NCBI RefSeq assembly: GCF_052425735.1
Contig: NC_135759.1
Coordinates: forward strand, 42,594,001 to 42,658,000
Direction of reading: 5' to 3'
Length of the DNA stretch: 64,000 bases
From: Oculina patagonica
Taxonomy: Eukaryota
Positions 13,101 to 26,883 of this stretch are shown here, in pieces. Below the pieces are notes generated by a model, which made no database searches, had not been told where the DNA came from, and saw only the letters and a program-made list of their open reading frames with translations. Position 1 is the stretch's first letter; each line of letters begins with the position of its first letter. Made by a program: the position numbers and the translations under genes.

Positions 13101-14411
13101 TCCTCCTTCCCTCCGGTGCCCATGTTAGCGCGATGCGCGGATTTTGCTGGTGGCCCAGGCGCAATACATGGCCAATCCAATCCATGGCCAATTTCTTTTA
13201 AAATTTTCGGTAAGTATCGTATCTATTTTCTTAAAAAAGTCCACCCCGGCACAGACAGCATACGATTGTGACAGTGCCGCCATTCCCAGTTACCGTATTT
13301 ATTCGATTAAGCGCCCTGGGCGCTTATTAAATTTTTGGACCTTGAGAGTGGGCGCTTTTTCGAGGCTGGTGCTTATTAAATTTTCACCATTTTTAGCATA
13401 TACTATGCTTATTTTGCAAGAAAACAGTAAAAAATAACTAAACGTGAAGATCATTGTACCAAAGCTGAATTTTTAACTGTTCATTGAAAGTTTCTGCTTT
13501 GGTCTTTGGGGTAGTATCTTGGTCGTACTAAGTCAATTTCACTCCTTTCATTTTACTCCTCTCGTGCAATTCATTTTTTAGGGGTTGGGGGTGGGCGCTT
13601 ATTCGAGGCTGGGCGCTTATTAACTTTTTCTACCTACAGGGTGGGCGCTTATTCAAGGTGGGTGCTTATTCAAGGTTGGGCGCTTATTAACTTTACCTAC
13701 CTACAGGGTGGGCGCTTATTCAAGGTGGGCGCTTATTCGAGGCTGGGCGCTTATTAACTTTTTTCTACCTACAGGGTGGGCGCTTATTCAAGGTGGGTGC
13801 TTATTCAAGGTTGGGCGCTTATTAACTTTACCTACCTACAGGGTGGGCGCTTATTCAAGGTGGGCGCTTATTCAAGGTTGGGCGCTTATTAACTTTTTCT
13901 ACCTACAGGGTGGGCGCTTATTCAAGGTGGGTGCTTATTCAAGGTTGGGCGCTTATTAACTTTACCTACCTACAGGGTGGGCGCTTATTCAAGGTTGGGC
14001 GCTTATTAACTTTACCTACCTACAGGGTGGGTGCTTATTCAAGGTTGGACGCTTAATCGAATAAATACGGTATTGTCTTTGATATATTCTCCCAAAGAGA
14101 AGTCAGGTGACCAGCTGTCTCTTGTTGTGATTGTAGGAACCGCAGGGGATTCCTTATCCTATCACAAAAGTCGTCCATTCTCAACAAAGGACCGTGACAA
14201 TGATGACTATGGCGGCGGTAGCTGCTCTATCACTTATCACGGCGCGTGGTGGTACGGCGGATGTCACGAATCTAACCTGAACGGTCGTTATCTTCATGGT
14301 GCCCATTCTTCCTACGCTGACGGAGTAAACTGGCATGCCTGGAAAGGATATCACTACTCTGCTAAACGCGCGGAGATGAAAATTCGTCCCGTTGATTGGA
14401 TTCCACGGTAA
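10152..14411 (+). CDS. Secreted FReD lectin copy C (signal peptide, CxxC, coiled coil, fibrinogen C-terminal domain), ~283 aa, intact
   Basis: Exons 10152-10338, 11574-11963, 14137-14411 (phase-1 GT-AG introns) splice to an 852-nt open frame with canonical FBG motifs. Confidence 0.92.
10406..10881. mobile_element. Tc1/mariner-superfamily MITE in FReD intron 1
   Basis: TIR CCTTATTCTTACTA...TAGTAAGAATAAGG with TA on both sides; internal TTTCGCG repeats; absent from the paralogous intron near 4035. Confidence 0.75.
11322..11505. mobile_element. TAG...CTA MITE with 9-bp TSD (Academ-like termini)
   Basis: TIR TAGACTGTxCACAGCC; exact TSD ATATTTTTC at 11313-11321 and 11506-11514. Confidence 0.8.
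12150..12780 (+). mobile_element. Degenerate CR1/L2-like LINE reverse transcriptase C-terminal fragment
   Basis: Translates to [32 protein letters not shown] and [13 protein letters not shown], typical of post-RT motifs, broken by stops and frameshifts. Boundaries approximate. Confidence 0.7.
12945..13191 (-). mobile_element. RTE-clade LINE 3' fragment
   Basis: WIGHVLR...[27 protein letters not shown]...DRVEWR is the characteristic RTE ORF C-terminus. Confidence 0.85.
13293..14070. mobile_element. TA-TSD MITE carrying an internal minisatellite (~13595-14050)
   Basis: TIR CCGTATTTATTCGATTAAGCG; TA TSD; empty site AGTTATTGCC in paralogous introns (~5791, ~41253). Tandem GGGCGCTTATTCAAGG(T) and TTAACTTT..CTACCTACAG units. 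Confidence 0.88.
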
Positions 14412-14672
14412 AATCGCGGAACCAGTTTATTTCCTAATCGCTGATTATTGCACTCAATAGGTTCAAAGAAGTTATCACTAAAGTCCATAGATGTTGTAGA
14501 TGAATCATGACAACTGTAATACGATTTGAACAATAAGGGCAAGTTTAACAAGCGTAATCTTTAAATCAGTGAAGATACTTGAGATAATCCTAAGTTGTAA
14601 CATGAGGAAATAAAAACAAGAATTAAAACAGTTTATCATCAATGCCTTCATGTGCTTGGATGTTGTTTATAT

Positions 14673-14739
14673 CAACCTCGTCCCGAGGGCGCTTTTCCTT
14701 CCCACTCTGAAGGGAAAAGCGCCCTGGGGACGAGGTTGC
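14673..14739. repeat. Short palindromic hairpin repeat (CAACCTCGT...ACGAGGTTG family)
   Basis: CAACCTCGTCCCGAGGGCGCTTTTCC...GGAAAAGCGCCCTGGGGACGAGGTTG; related copies at ~852-950, ~2291-2365 and ~16498-16580. Confidence 0.75.
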
Positions 14740-16139
14740 ACTTATCTGCCACAGCCAGAGTAAATGAGAGAGGGATCTGGGTATGAATCCGCCAGTTTAA
14801 AGTCCTTCCGCGACACCCGTGTATGCAGATTAGAGTAAAGTAATATGGACATTTGACTGAAGACAATCCAGTTCAGATTTTGTCAGTTGAAGAATAATAA
14901 TCGTCTCATTATGTTCCATTATGATTTTTTCTACGACACCATTAGGCCATTTTCAAAAATACCATAATACTATTTGTTGTCCTTCCAAAATTATTATTCC
15001 AAAAATATTGTTTTCAATTTCTTTTGCTGTCCCAGGAGAATTTTAAAACAATGCTTATGCCAAATTCTGGAGGGACAACAGTAGAATTTCGGGAAATTTT
15101 TGCGCAACCATGGTTTTATTTCAGCTGTTTCAAATCGTTTTTTTTCTTTTTTACTTCTTAAGTTTCAGTTTGATATTGTCCAAAGTTAAAATAGTTAAAA
15201 CTTTTGCTACGCAATAAACTCAATTCGAAGTTGATTGGCTAATCTGGGTCCAAGTACTTCATGTGGCAATAAAAAGAGTTAATTGGTCTCATCCAGAGGG
15301 GGGGATCCCCTATAAAAATGACAGGGGGGGGGGGGTGCTCGTAGGAAAACGGAAAATTTCAAAAAAACAACTCCCTAAAAGGTAACAAATTTCCATTTTA
15401 TGGGTGTGGCCCAAATGAATTTTTCACCCCTAAGAGGAACCCATTCTAAATTAAAAACTTACTGGCACTGGAAATTTTAATAGCTTTTAAAAAAATAAAA
15501 GTTACTTGCATAACAAATACGGTTACGGTTCCTGTCAATTTTCAGATCGATATAAACCAAAAAGGCCTCTAAAAGGAACCGTGACAACTTTTGACTGGCG
15601 GTGGTCATTTAAGGTTTACTCACCCTAAGCGGTAACAATCCACAAATGTTACCGCCTAAAAGGTAGGAAGAAACATCCCATGGCCACGTCATTTTTATTG
15701 AGGCGCCCTCCCGGGTTAAACAGTCGGGCTATAAACATAAAGAAAGGAGGAAAGTGGGAGTCGAATCTCTGTAAAATTTAGTACACAAGAACAACCACGT
15801 GACGCACAATTTTATTACGGTAAATTTAATATTATCGAGAAAGCACACATTCTCGTTCCGAGAGGCCGCAATTTTTCTGGTCAGCGCTGGGAATCGGGAA
15901 CTCTGAGCAGTTACATTTTTATGAATGAACAGATTAGCCAGTAACGTAACCACAGTCAACACCCTTTGCACTCCACTCAGTTCATTATACAGTCAACTCT
16001 CACCATAACGGACTCCTTTGGGACCACAATTTGGTGTTTTCGATGTTCTTAATAAATGATCATAAATGTTATTTATGTCCAAGTTTGTAGGTTTTGCGAA
16101 AGTAAGCGACTTTAAAAATACTTAAGAGAAAAAAGAAGA

Positions 16140-16475
16140 AAAAGTTCAAATGAGGCTGCTGTCTTTTTCTTGGTGTAAAACTAGAAGTGTAACTTGGCGT
16201 TGTATAAAGAATTTCAGTCTTAAGGCAAATCGGTTGTTATTTCGAGAAGATGTCATTCCAGCTTGATTTGAGATCTTTTTTTATGCATTTTTGGTTGAGT
16301 TGCGACATGTAAGGCAAAAATCAAAGTAAAAGTGGTGTATGGTTGCAACTTGTCAACATTGTGATATTTGATTTTTTATTTAATTTAAACACCTGACTTG
16401 AAATTCTCTAGCAAATTTCTTATGGGTTTGGGTTTTTATGTGAAAGGGAAGGATTTTATTGACGCGTTTTTTGGA
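16140..16475 (+). pseudogene. Relic of a deleted C-type lectin gene (last codons, stop and 3' UTR)
   Basis: AAAAGTTCAAATGAGGCTGCTGTC... aligns over ~330 nt with 35413-35750. The sequence just upstream (16075-16125) matches 33145-33197. Confidence 0.8.
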
Positions 16476-17817
16476 CATACACTTTGGACATCATGGGCTC
16501 GTACCCAGCGCCACGCGTTTTCTTTAAATGACATGACGTAATGACCAAAATAAACGAGAGCTCTGGGGACGAGAATGAACTTTGGAGTTGTCCTGTGTCT
16601 GCACAAAACGACCGTAAGTCCCCTACTCCCGGAAATTTATGGCAGACGCGTTGATTATCACAAGCACCTTTGTCTTAAAACCCACTACATTCAAATAGCA
16701 GGGTCTACAAAAAAGGACAAGAAGTGAGCAGCGGGGGCTGACTGAATTTCCGGGTAAATTTTCTGGGTATGGAAAAGCACTTGATACACAATTTTGCTGC
16801 GGGTAATTGGGCTTGCCGGTCGAACGTGAAGGACTTGTTGTTTATGAATCAATGATACAGAGTGCAAACTACCTCAAATAAACTCACATTAGCAGTGCCT
16901 TAGTTAGTGGGCGAGAGACGGAGTTAATGAACTAGAAAGTGTGAGAGCAATGGTGCAGAGTGTGTGGGATGAAAACGTTCTCATTCTAGTTCTGTCACTT
17001 ATACTTAACGTTGACATACAAACCACTGACAAATAGGCTTTACTCTAGCTGAGGAGCCTAACTGAAAAAAAAAATTCCTCACGAATAATGGTGGCTACTT
17101 GCTAAACGCATTAGCTCGGGCGAATATTACCTTATCTAATACGTGCTAAAAAGCAAAATAAAACTTATTAAAAACATGCATTTAATGTATCTGATATCAG
17201 TGACAGTGAAACACTTTCCCTTAAGTGCTTTTCAACGCACACTATCAATTTTAAATCTAGGCTTTATTAATGTACGGCTACACCCCTACATTGCGTTCAC
17301 AATTCATTTCCAGGATTGGCTTGCAGTCTTTAAAGATATTTTGATAGAATTACAAAACTTCTGGCATTTCGAAAGATTCTTCTGTATAGAGTATTGCAGC
17401 TTGATAGTTTACACGATCAAATAAAATTTCTGAAAGAAAACAAAACGTGCTGTTCGTTCACATAATCAAATAATCATTGTCAAGGGCACTTGTCAATGCA
17501 ATCGTGTGTGAATAGCTAACAGCAGCTATGGCACGATATTTTCAAAATTATCTTCAAATTAAAAGAAACTTAAAAATAATAGTTTGATTAAGACGAAAAA
17601 AGCGAACAGACGGACTAAAAAATAACGTCTAACAGGAATTAGCAGCAAGGATCAAAAATTCAGTACATGTGAACTTCCACGTGATACAGCACGTGATACA
17701 CAATTCGGCAGCAGGTAATTGCGCATGTTTCGAACGTGTTAGAGAGAACGTGCAAGGTGACTCGTACTTAATCTGGCTTGCACGCCATTGACAGTTAGGC
17801 TCTACTCCAGCTGCTAA

Positions 17818-17956
17818 AGGCTGGTTCTCATATGATCGCCCCGATCGTCTCTGTCGCTTCTGTCGTTTGCAAAGTCTGAGGTGATTGGTGGAAGCAAACT
17901 TTTTGAAGCGACAGAAGCGACAGCGACGATCGGGACGATCATATGAGAACCAGGCT
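17818..17956. mobile_element. Harbinger-type MITE (139 bp)
   Basis: TIR AG(G/C)CTGGTTCTCATATGATCG; TAA on both sides; absent from the paralogous site near 1980. Confidence 0.8.
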
Positions 17957-18735
17957 TAAGAAGCCTATCTGACAGACAGTTTTTCCAGATAATCGCGGCC
18001 ATTTGCTAAATGTATTAGCTCAGGTTATTAACTAAACTAAAAATCCCAAAAGCATTCTAAACATGCTTTTAATGTTTTTGACAACACTGACAGCGAATAA
18101 CGTTCCGCTGAGAGCTTAAAAGAGCTCTTCATCGCAAACTATCAATATTAAATCCACTACTATGTATATCAGGAGACACCCTATATTACTTTCATTTCAA
18201 GGAGAAATCGAAGCTGCTAACTCTCAGCCGAATGGCGGGCCAGATTTTGAAGGGATTTTTACTTCTTTTGCTTTCTCAGTTCATGTGTGAATCGCTCGTT
18301 TGTGGATCTGCCTTAACGCAGCGGACGATCGGCAATGACTGTCCTATTTGTGAACTTCTGAAAACACTGGTCAACAAGCAAAAAGACCTCGAGAAAAAAA
18401 TGGATTTGCTTCTTGGAGCGAAAGCTAACTGTTCAGCAGGTAGGAAAGTACTCACGAGCCATCGATTGAACTTTCTACTGTTAGCAAAACTTATTACGCT
18501 ATTGCGTTTTCCTATTCAGGGCGTAAAACCAAACATTTCTCCATTTTTGGATTAGTTTGCACGTTTTGTCAAGGAACACACAATACAAAGCGAGTAGTAA
18601 CTGATATCAATCTTTTTTATATTCAATATTCAATACCAAGAGGAAATTTTCTCTTCCCAATATCTTATCTTATTCGGATCGAAACGAGCCAGTACTGTAT
18701 CAGATAGTATTAGATTTCAACAGGCGAGACAAAAA

Positions 18736-20651
18736 TAGCCTGCGAACAGGCTCCCGAGTGGGGTTCCCGAGTGCCTGAGCAGGGCGTTAGGAGGGAGGGC
18801 GTCGAAACGAGTTCGAGCGGAAAAGCCTTGATGCAGAAGCCTGGGTACCAGTTATAAATTATTGAGGGTTTTCCCTTTCCATGACCAATATGGCGGACGC
18901 CGATTTCGATATAAAATTACATGCCCATAGACGTAAAGGCATCTAAGAAAAAGGAGGGTGAAGATGTGAGGTTTGAACAAACGAGTTGTCGCGGATAGCG
19001 AGCAGCGAATGTAATATTGAGAGTGTAATCATTGCGAGAAATTTTTTTATCCCCTTTGAACTGTCAACAAGCAAAAGTAAAGCCGTTTCTATCTTCCTAT
19101 GAAAAACATGTATTTCACAGGTTTACACAGGTTGCAAATTTTGCAAACCTGTGATCAGGGCGCTTTTAACAAGGTCCTGTGAAAATTTGTAACCTAATAC
19201 TCGATCATGCTAAAGTTCTGGCATGTCAACTTGGAAGTTTGCATTCTGCCCCTTTTTTGTTACGATCGATCACTTCAGGAATTGTTATGCACAATATTTA
19301 ACAATTATTCGCCGAAGGCGAATAATTGTTTTAGTATAATTTTAAGAGGTGATCATCAAGAACTTAAAAAACAAGAGCTCATAGAGCTTACAACTGCGCT
19401 GGTCTCGTGAGCACTTTAGGGGAGCCATGTGGGGGGAACAAAAAATGCACCCCCCCCCCCCCCTTATCCTCTTTACCTGCGTCGAACAATGTTGCGACTG
19501 ACAAACAAGATGGTAGGAAAACACCTTGCGTGACATTTCATGGTTGACTAGTTCCATCCGAAATTAAATATTTTTCTTATATGCTAATGCTGGCCAAATT
19601 TAATTCCCACTATCCTGATCCGTGAAACAAAAAAATCTTTTAAATCAGCATCCAGTGTTGTCTTGAATTACCGTTTAAAGATTGAATAACCAGCTCCGAA
19701 AATGGAATATTGGAGCAAATAATTAAATCAAATTTGAGAAACACACTAGACCTGTGTTTTGCTGGGAATTCCCCGGAGAATTAATTTAGCAATGACGTAA
19801 CCCTTGCAAGTCAGTGCATGTTTGTCAGTGGTTTTCCATCAGATTTCAGAAATCCTATAAATGACACAGCTCCAAAAATAAATAACGCTAAAACGTCGAA
19901 CATTTCACACTTAACATGCTAAGTTTAGACCAGAGGATTTGTTTGTGGCAGATTTAAATCTTTCAGAGCATTGCGTGATTCTTGCCGATCAGTGCCTTGT
20001 GAAAGTAAAAATTTGCTAAGGCCAACACATTCCAGGACACAAACGTAATGTAAATAAATGTAAATTCTTGCCCGCTAAAGCGTATTTTTTTAAAGCGTGA
20101 AATTTTAGTATTTTCTTCGATTCAAACGCTTCAAAATACTTCACACTGAATTTTGTAAGTAAAGATTAATGGCTTCGCAAAGATTTGAAAGGTAGCTGAT
20201 AATAGGATTAGCTTTGAAAAATTACGTGACTCAAGGTCTAGCCGATCGAAAGTGAAACTTGTCATGTCAGCACATTCTTTTACAACAACGTAATGGTATT
20301 TATTCACAGATTCTGGCCCGCTGAAATATAGTTTTCTCTCGACGCATAAAAATTTAGAATTTTCTTTGAATAAAACGCTTCAAAATTGTATATTTCACAC
20401 TAAACATTTTTTGTAAAGACAAAAAATAAGAAAATTTCCCCATTTGTTACTGATTTGTAGCTTCTAAACATCGCGTGACATTAAGCATGACCGAGTGGAG
20501 GTTTGGGACAGGTCACCGACAAAACGAAAAATAACAAGAAGCTCTTAGAGCTTAAAACTGCGCTGGTCACGTGACCACCCTAAGGGAGCCATGGCGGGGG
20601 AATGAAAAAAAGATAACTAAAAAATATTGAACAACTTGAAGTGAAATGGGG

Positions 20652-20682
<31 letters not shown>

Positions 20683-23600
20683 TAAATAAAAAATTCCACA
20701 TCCTGACAGTGGAAAAAAAGCCTTTGCCATAAAAGTTGACCCCCCCCCCCCCTTACCCTAACCCGCCTCAAACAAATTATGGTCGCCCTAAAAAAAACAC
20801 CGATTATTGATTTCATTACGTCTGGCGTCTGGCTTCACGCCAGGAACGTAAGTATCCGTGAGAATTTCGATAGTATTCTCTCTTTGCACAGAATAATCTC
20901 GTTCCCAGATCTCGTGGGCTAAGCCGAAGGCGAGATCTGGTCAAATCCGATTTGCACCACGTGATTGCCTGTCAGGAATGTGGCAGGCGAGTCAATTGCG
21001 CATGCCCTAGACAATTCTAAGAAAATGGCAATCAAATAAATATGCAATCCTCAACCAAATGAATAACGAATGCTTTACCATTCTCGTCTTTCCTGGAATA
21101 ATATCTAGCAGAGTATTTTACTAAAGAATTAAGCAGAAGGCAATCATGAAAGCTTTAGGTCGGGTAAAAATATTTATTTGATTTAAAAAAAATTGTTCAT
21201 TTGGCGGCGAGACATGTCTAGATTTTATGCAAATTAGATCCGGTCACGTAATCAAACATAAATATTCTTACGGCGGATTATCTGTTTTTAAACATCGTTA
21301 TTCGTCAGAAATAGCTTTATAATGCTACAAACAACTAAAACGAAATCTTCTTGTCTTTTGAGGCCGACTGTAAACAACGAAACGTCTCAAAAACGAATAT
21401 ATTATGATTGCGTGCATGATCTATAATTTGCATAAAAAAACAGACATTGAATTCCCTTGGGGCCGCATCGCACGTTCAAATTTTAGCGCTGTGCATGTGA
21501 CAGCCATGCTTTGAAACAGCCAATCAAAAAAATTGAATTTTCTTACTTGGCCAGATCTCGCCTTCCGGCTTGTTGGCCCTCTTTCTGTATTACAATAGGC
21601 GGTTGTTAAAATGTAGCGAGTGACAAACATGATGATAAAAAAGACACCTTGTGTGACATTTCATGGTTGACTAGTTCCAGACGCGATTAATTATTTTTCT
21701 TTTATGCAAATTCTGGCCGAATTCCCACGCGTGGACGCTGAAGCCGTTTTTAGCACAGAGGGTATTCCCCAAGCCTACCAAATGACGTAAGCGGTACAAG
21801 TCAGGGCATGTTTGTGAAGGGAATTTTTCTTCATATCTTTAAAATCCTTTCAATAACATAAAATTGGGAAATACTTTGCAATAAATTTGTTTAGTAAAGA
21901 CCAAAGGATTCGCAAAGATTTGAAAGGTAGCTGATTAATAGCTTTGAAAAATTACGTGACTCGAGGTCTAGCCGATCGAAAGTGAAACTTGTCATGTCAG
22001 CACATTCTTTTCCACCAACGTAATGGTATCTATTCACAGATTCTGGCCCGCTGAATTACATTTCTCTTTGAAAGCGTGGAAATTTAGTATTTTTCATGAG
22101 TCAAAGGCTTCAAATTCGAATATTTCACACTAAGCATACTTTATAAAGACAAAAAAGAGAAAATGTTTCCATTTGTTACTGATTTGTAGTTTCTAAACAT
22201 CGCGTGATTTCAAGCTCGACCGAGTGGAGGTCTGGGTCTGGTCACCGACAAAACGAAAAAAAGCAAGAGCTCTTAGAGCTTACAACTGCGCTGGTCTCGT
22301 GAGCACTTTAGGGGAGCCATCTGGGGGGAACAAAAAATGCACCCCCCCCCCCTTATCCCCTTCACCCGCGACGAACAATGATGCGACTAACAAACAAGAT
22401 GGTAAGAAAGCACATTGCGTGACATTTCATGGTTGACTAGTTCCACCCAAAATTAAATATTTTCCTTATATGCTAGTGGTGGCCAAATTTAATTCCCACG
22501 ATCCTGATCCGTGAAACAAAAAAATCTTTTAAATCAGCATCCAGTGTTGTCTTGAATTACCGTTTAAAGATTGAATAACCAGCTCCGAAAATGGAATATT
22601 GGAGCAAATAATTAAATCAAATTTGAGAAGAACACTAGACCTGTGTTTTGCTGAATGGGAATTCCCCGGGGAATTAATTTACCAATGACGTAATCCTTGC
22701 AAGTCAGGGCATGTTTGTCTCAGTGGTCTTCCTTCAGATTTCAAAAATCCGTAGATGACACAGCTCCAAAAATACGTAAAGCTAAAAAGTCGAACATTTT
22801 ACACTTAACATGCTAGGTTAGTTTCCATTTGTAGCAGTTAAGCTTTCAGAGCACTGCGTGATTCTTGTCGATCGGTGCCTTGTGAAAGTAGAAATTTGCT
22901 AACGCTAGCACATTCCAGGACACAGACGTAATGTAAATAAATGTAAATTCTTGCCCGCTAAAGCATCAAATTTTAGTATTTTCTTTGATTCAAACGCTTC
23001 AAAATACTTCACAGTTTTAAGTAAAGACAAAAGGATTCGCAAAGATTTCAAAGGTGGCTGAATAGCTTTGAAAAATTACGTGACTCCAGCCGATCGAAAG
23101 TGAAACTTGTCATCTCAGCACATTCTTTGACACCAACGTAATGGCATTTATTTACAGATTCTGGCCCACTGAATTATATTTCTCTTTGAAAACTGACCCA
23201 ATGACAATGTTTTGTAGTTTCTATACTGTTAGTATTATTTTTGCCCTTATTTTGGCTTTCGTATTACAATAGGCGGTTGTAAAAATGCAGCGACTGACAA
23301 ACTTTGTGTGACATTTCATGGTTGACTTGTTCCAGCCGCGATTAATAATTTTTCATATATGCAAATTCTGGCCGAATTCCCACGCGCGGACGCTGAAGCT
23401 GTTTTTAGCACAGAGGGTAATTTCCCTGGCATACCGAATGACGTAAGCGGTACAGGGCATGTTTGTGAAGGGAATTTTTCTTCATATCTCTAAAATCCTT
23501 CAACGACACAGCCAAAAAATAGATTACGCAATAAATTTGTTTAGTAAAGACCAAAGGATTCGCAAAGATTTGAAAGGTAGCTTATAATAGCTTTAAAACA

Positions 23601-25241
23601 TTACGTGACTCGAGGTCTAGCCGATCGAAAGTGAAACTTGTCATGTCAGCACTTTCTTTGACACCAACGTAATGGCATTTACTTACAGATTCTGGCCCAC
23701 TGAATTATATTTCTCTTTGAAAGCGTGGAAATTTAGTATTTTCCATGAGTCAAATGCTTTAAAGTCGAACATCTCACACAAAACATTCTTTGTAAAGACA
23801 AAAATAAGAAAAAAAATTCCATTTGTTACTGATTTGTAGCTTCCAAACATCGCGTGATTCGAGCTCGACCGAGTGGAGGTCTGGGTCTGGTCACCGACAA
23901 AACGAAAAAAAACAAGAGCTCTTAGAGCTTACAACTGCGCTGGTCTTGTGAGCACTTTAGGGGGGCCATGTGGGGGGAACAAAAAAATGCACCCCCCTCC
24001 CCTTGTCTCCTTTACCTGCGTCGAACAATGTTGCGACTGACAAACAAGATGGTAAGAAAACACCTTGCGTGACAATTCATGGTTGACTAGTTCCATCCGA
24101 AATTAAACATTTTTCTCATATGCTAATGGTGACCAAATTTAATTCCCACGATCCTGATCCGTGAAACAAAAAAATCTTTTAAATCAGCATCCAGTGTTGT
24201 CTTGAATAACCGTTTAAATATTGAATAACCAGCTCCGAAAATGGAATATTGGAGCAAATAATTAAATCAAATTTGAGAAGAACACTAGACCTGTGTTTTG
24301 CTGAATGGGAATTCCCCGGGGAATTAATTTACCAATGACGTAACCCTTGCAAGTCAGGGCATGTTTGTCTCAGTGGTCTTCCTTCAGATTTCAGAAATCC
24401 TCTAGATGACACAGCTCCAAAAATTTGTAAAGCTAAAAAGTCGAACCTTTTACACTTAACATGCTAGGTTAGTTTCCATTTGTAGCAGTTAAGCTTTCAG
24501 AGCATTGCGTGATTCTTGCCGATCGGTGCCTTGTGAAAGTAGAAATTTGCTAACGCCAGCACATTCCAGGACACAGACGTAATGTAAATAAATGTAAATT
24601 CTTGCCCACTAAGGCGAATTCTTCTTTTAAAGCATCAAATTTTAGTATTTTCTTTGATTCAAACGCTTCAAAATACTTCACACTGAATTTTTTTAATTAA
24701 AGACCAAAGGATTCGCAAAGATTTCAAAAGGAGGCTGAATTGCTTTGAAAAATTACGTGACTCGAGGTCTAGCCGATCGAAAGTGAAACTTGTCATGTCA
24801 GCACATTCTTTTCCACCATCGTAATGGTATTTATTCATAGATTCTGGCCCGCTAAATTATATTTCTCTTTGAAAGCGTGGAAATTTAGTATTTTCCATGA
24901 ACCAAACGCTTCAAAATCGAATAGTTCACACTAAGCATACTTTATAAAGACAAAAAAGAGAAAAATTTTCCATTTGTTACTGATTTGTAGCTTCTAAACA
25001 TCGCGTGATTTCAAGCTCGACCGAGTGGAGGTCTGGGTCTGGTCACCGACAAAACGAAAAAAAATAATAATAATAATAAACCGCGTGCAGAGTAAGAACT
25101 GCGCAGCGCAGTTAATAATAATAACAAGAAGCTCTTAGAGCTTAAAACTGCGCTGGTCACGTGACCACCCTAAGGGAGCCATGGCGGGGGAATGAAAAAA
25201 AGATAACTAAAAAATATTGAACAACTTGAAGTGAAATGGGG

Positions 25242-25275
<34 letters not shown>

Positions 25276-26850
25276 TTCCACATCCTGACAGTGGAAAAAA
25301 AGCCTTTGCCATAAAAGTTGACCCCCCCCCCCTTACCCTAACCCGCCTCAAACAAATTATGGTCGCCCTAAAAAAAACACCCGCTTTCGAAACAAACCCC
25401 GAATATTGATTTCATTACGTCTGGCGTACGGCTTCACGCCAGGAACGTAAGTATCCGTGAGAATTTCGATAGTATTCTCTCTTTGCACAGAATAATCTCG
25501 TTCCCAGATCTCGTGGGCTAAGCCGAAGGCGAGATCTGGTCAAATCCGATTTGCACCACGTGATTGCCTGTCAGGAATGTGGCAGGCGAGTCAATTGCGC
25601 ATGCCCTAGACAATTCTAAGAAAATGGCAATCAAATGAATATGCAATCCTCAACCAAATGAATAACGAATGCTTTACCATTCTCGTCTTTCCTGGAATAA
25701 TATCTAGCAGAGTATTTTACTAAAGAATTAAGCAGAAGGCAATCATGAAAGCTTTAGGTCGGGTAAAAATATTTATTTGATTTAAAAAGAATTGTTCATT
25801 TGGCGGCGAGACATGTCTAGATTTTATGCAAATTAGATCCGGTCACGTAATCAAACATAAATATTCTTACGGCGGATTCTCTGTTTTTAAACATCGTTAT
25901 TCGTCAGAAATAGCTTTATAATGCTACAAACAACTAAAACGAAATCTTCTTGTCTTTTGAGGCCGACTGTAAACAACGAAACGTCTCAAAAACGAATATA
26001 TTATGATTGCGTGCATGATCTATAATTTGCATAAAAAACAGACATTGAATTCCCTTGGGACCGCATCGCACGTTCAAATTTTAGCGCTGTGACAGCCATG
26101 CTTTGAAAGAGCCAATCAAAAAAATTGAATTTTCTTACTTGGCCAGATCTCGCCTTCCGGCTTGTTGCTCTCTTTCTGTATTACAATAGGCGGTTGTTAA
26201 AATGTAGCGAGTGACAAACATGATGATAAAAAAAGACACCTCGTGTGACATTTCATGGTTGACTAGTTCCAGACGCGATTAATTATTTTTCTTTTTTGCA
26301 AATTCTGGCCGAATTCCCACGCGTGGACGCTGAAGCCGTTTTTAGCACAGAGGGTATTCCCCTAGCCTACCAAATGACGTAAGCGGTACAAGTCAGGGCA
26401 TGTTTGTGAAGGGAATTTGTCTTCATATCTTTAAAATCCTTTCAATAACATAAAATAGGGAAATACTTTGCAATATATTTGTTTAGTAAAGACCAAAGGA
26501 TTCGCAAAGATTTGAAAGGTAGCTGATTAATAGCTTTGAAAAATTACGTGACTCGAGGTCTAGCCGATCGAAAGTGAAACTTGTCATGTCAGCACATTCT
26601 TTTCCACCAACGCAATGGTATCTATTCACAGATTCTGGCCCGCTGAATTACATTTCTCTTTGAAAGCGTGGAAATTTAGCATTTTTCATGAGTCAAAGGC
26701 TTCAAATGCGAATATTTCACACTAAACATTCTCTGTAAAGACAAAGAATAACCATTTGTTTCCCTTTGTTACTGATTTATAGCTTCTAAACATCGCGTGA
26801 CATAACCTCGACCGAGTGGAGGTCTGCGTCTGGTCACCGACAAAACTAAA

Positions 26851-26883
<33 letters not shown>

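Noticed and set aside
13595-14050. Regular short repeats resembling a CRISPR array, and ORF 13708-13959
   Set aside because: The intervening sequences are themselves repeated, there are no unique spacers and no cas genes; it is a minisatellite within a MITE.
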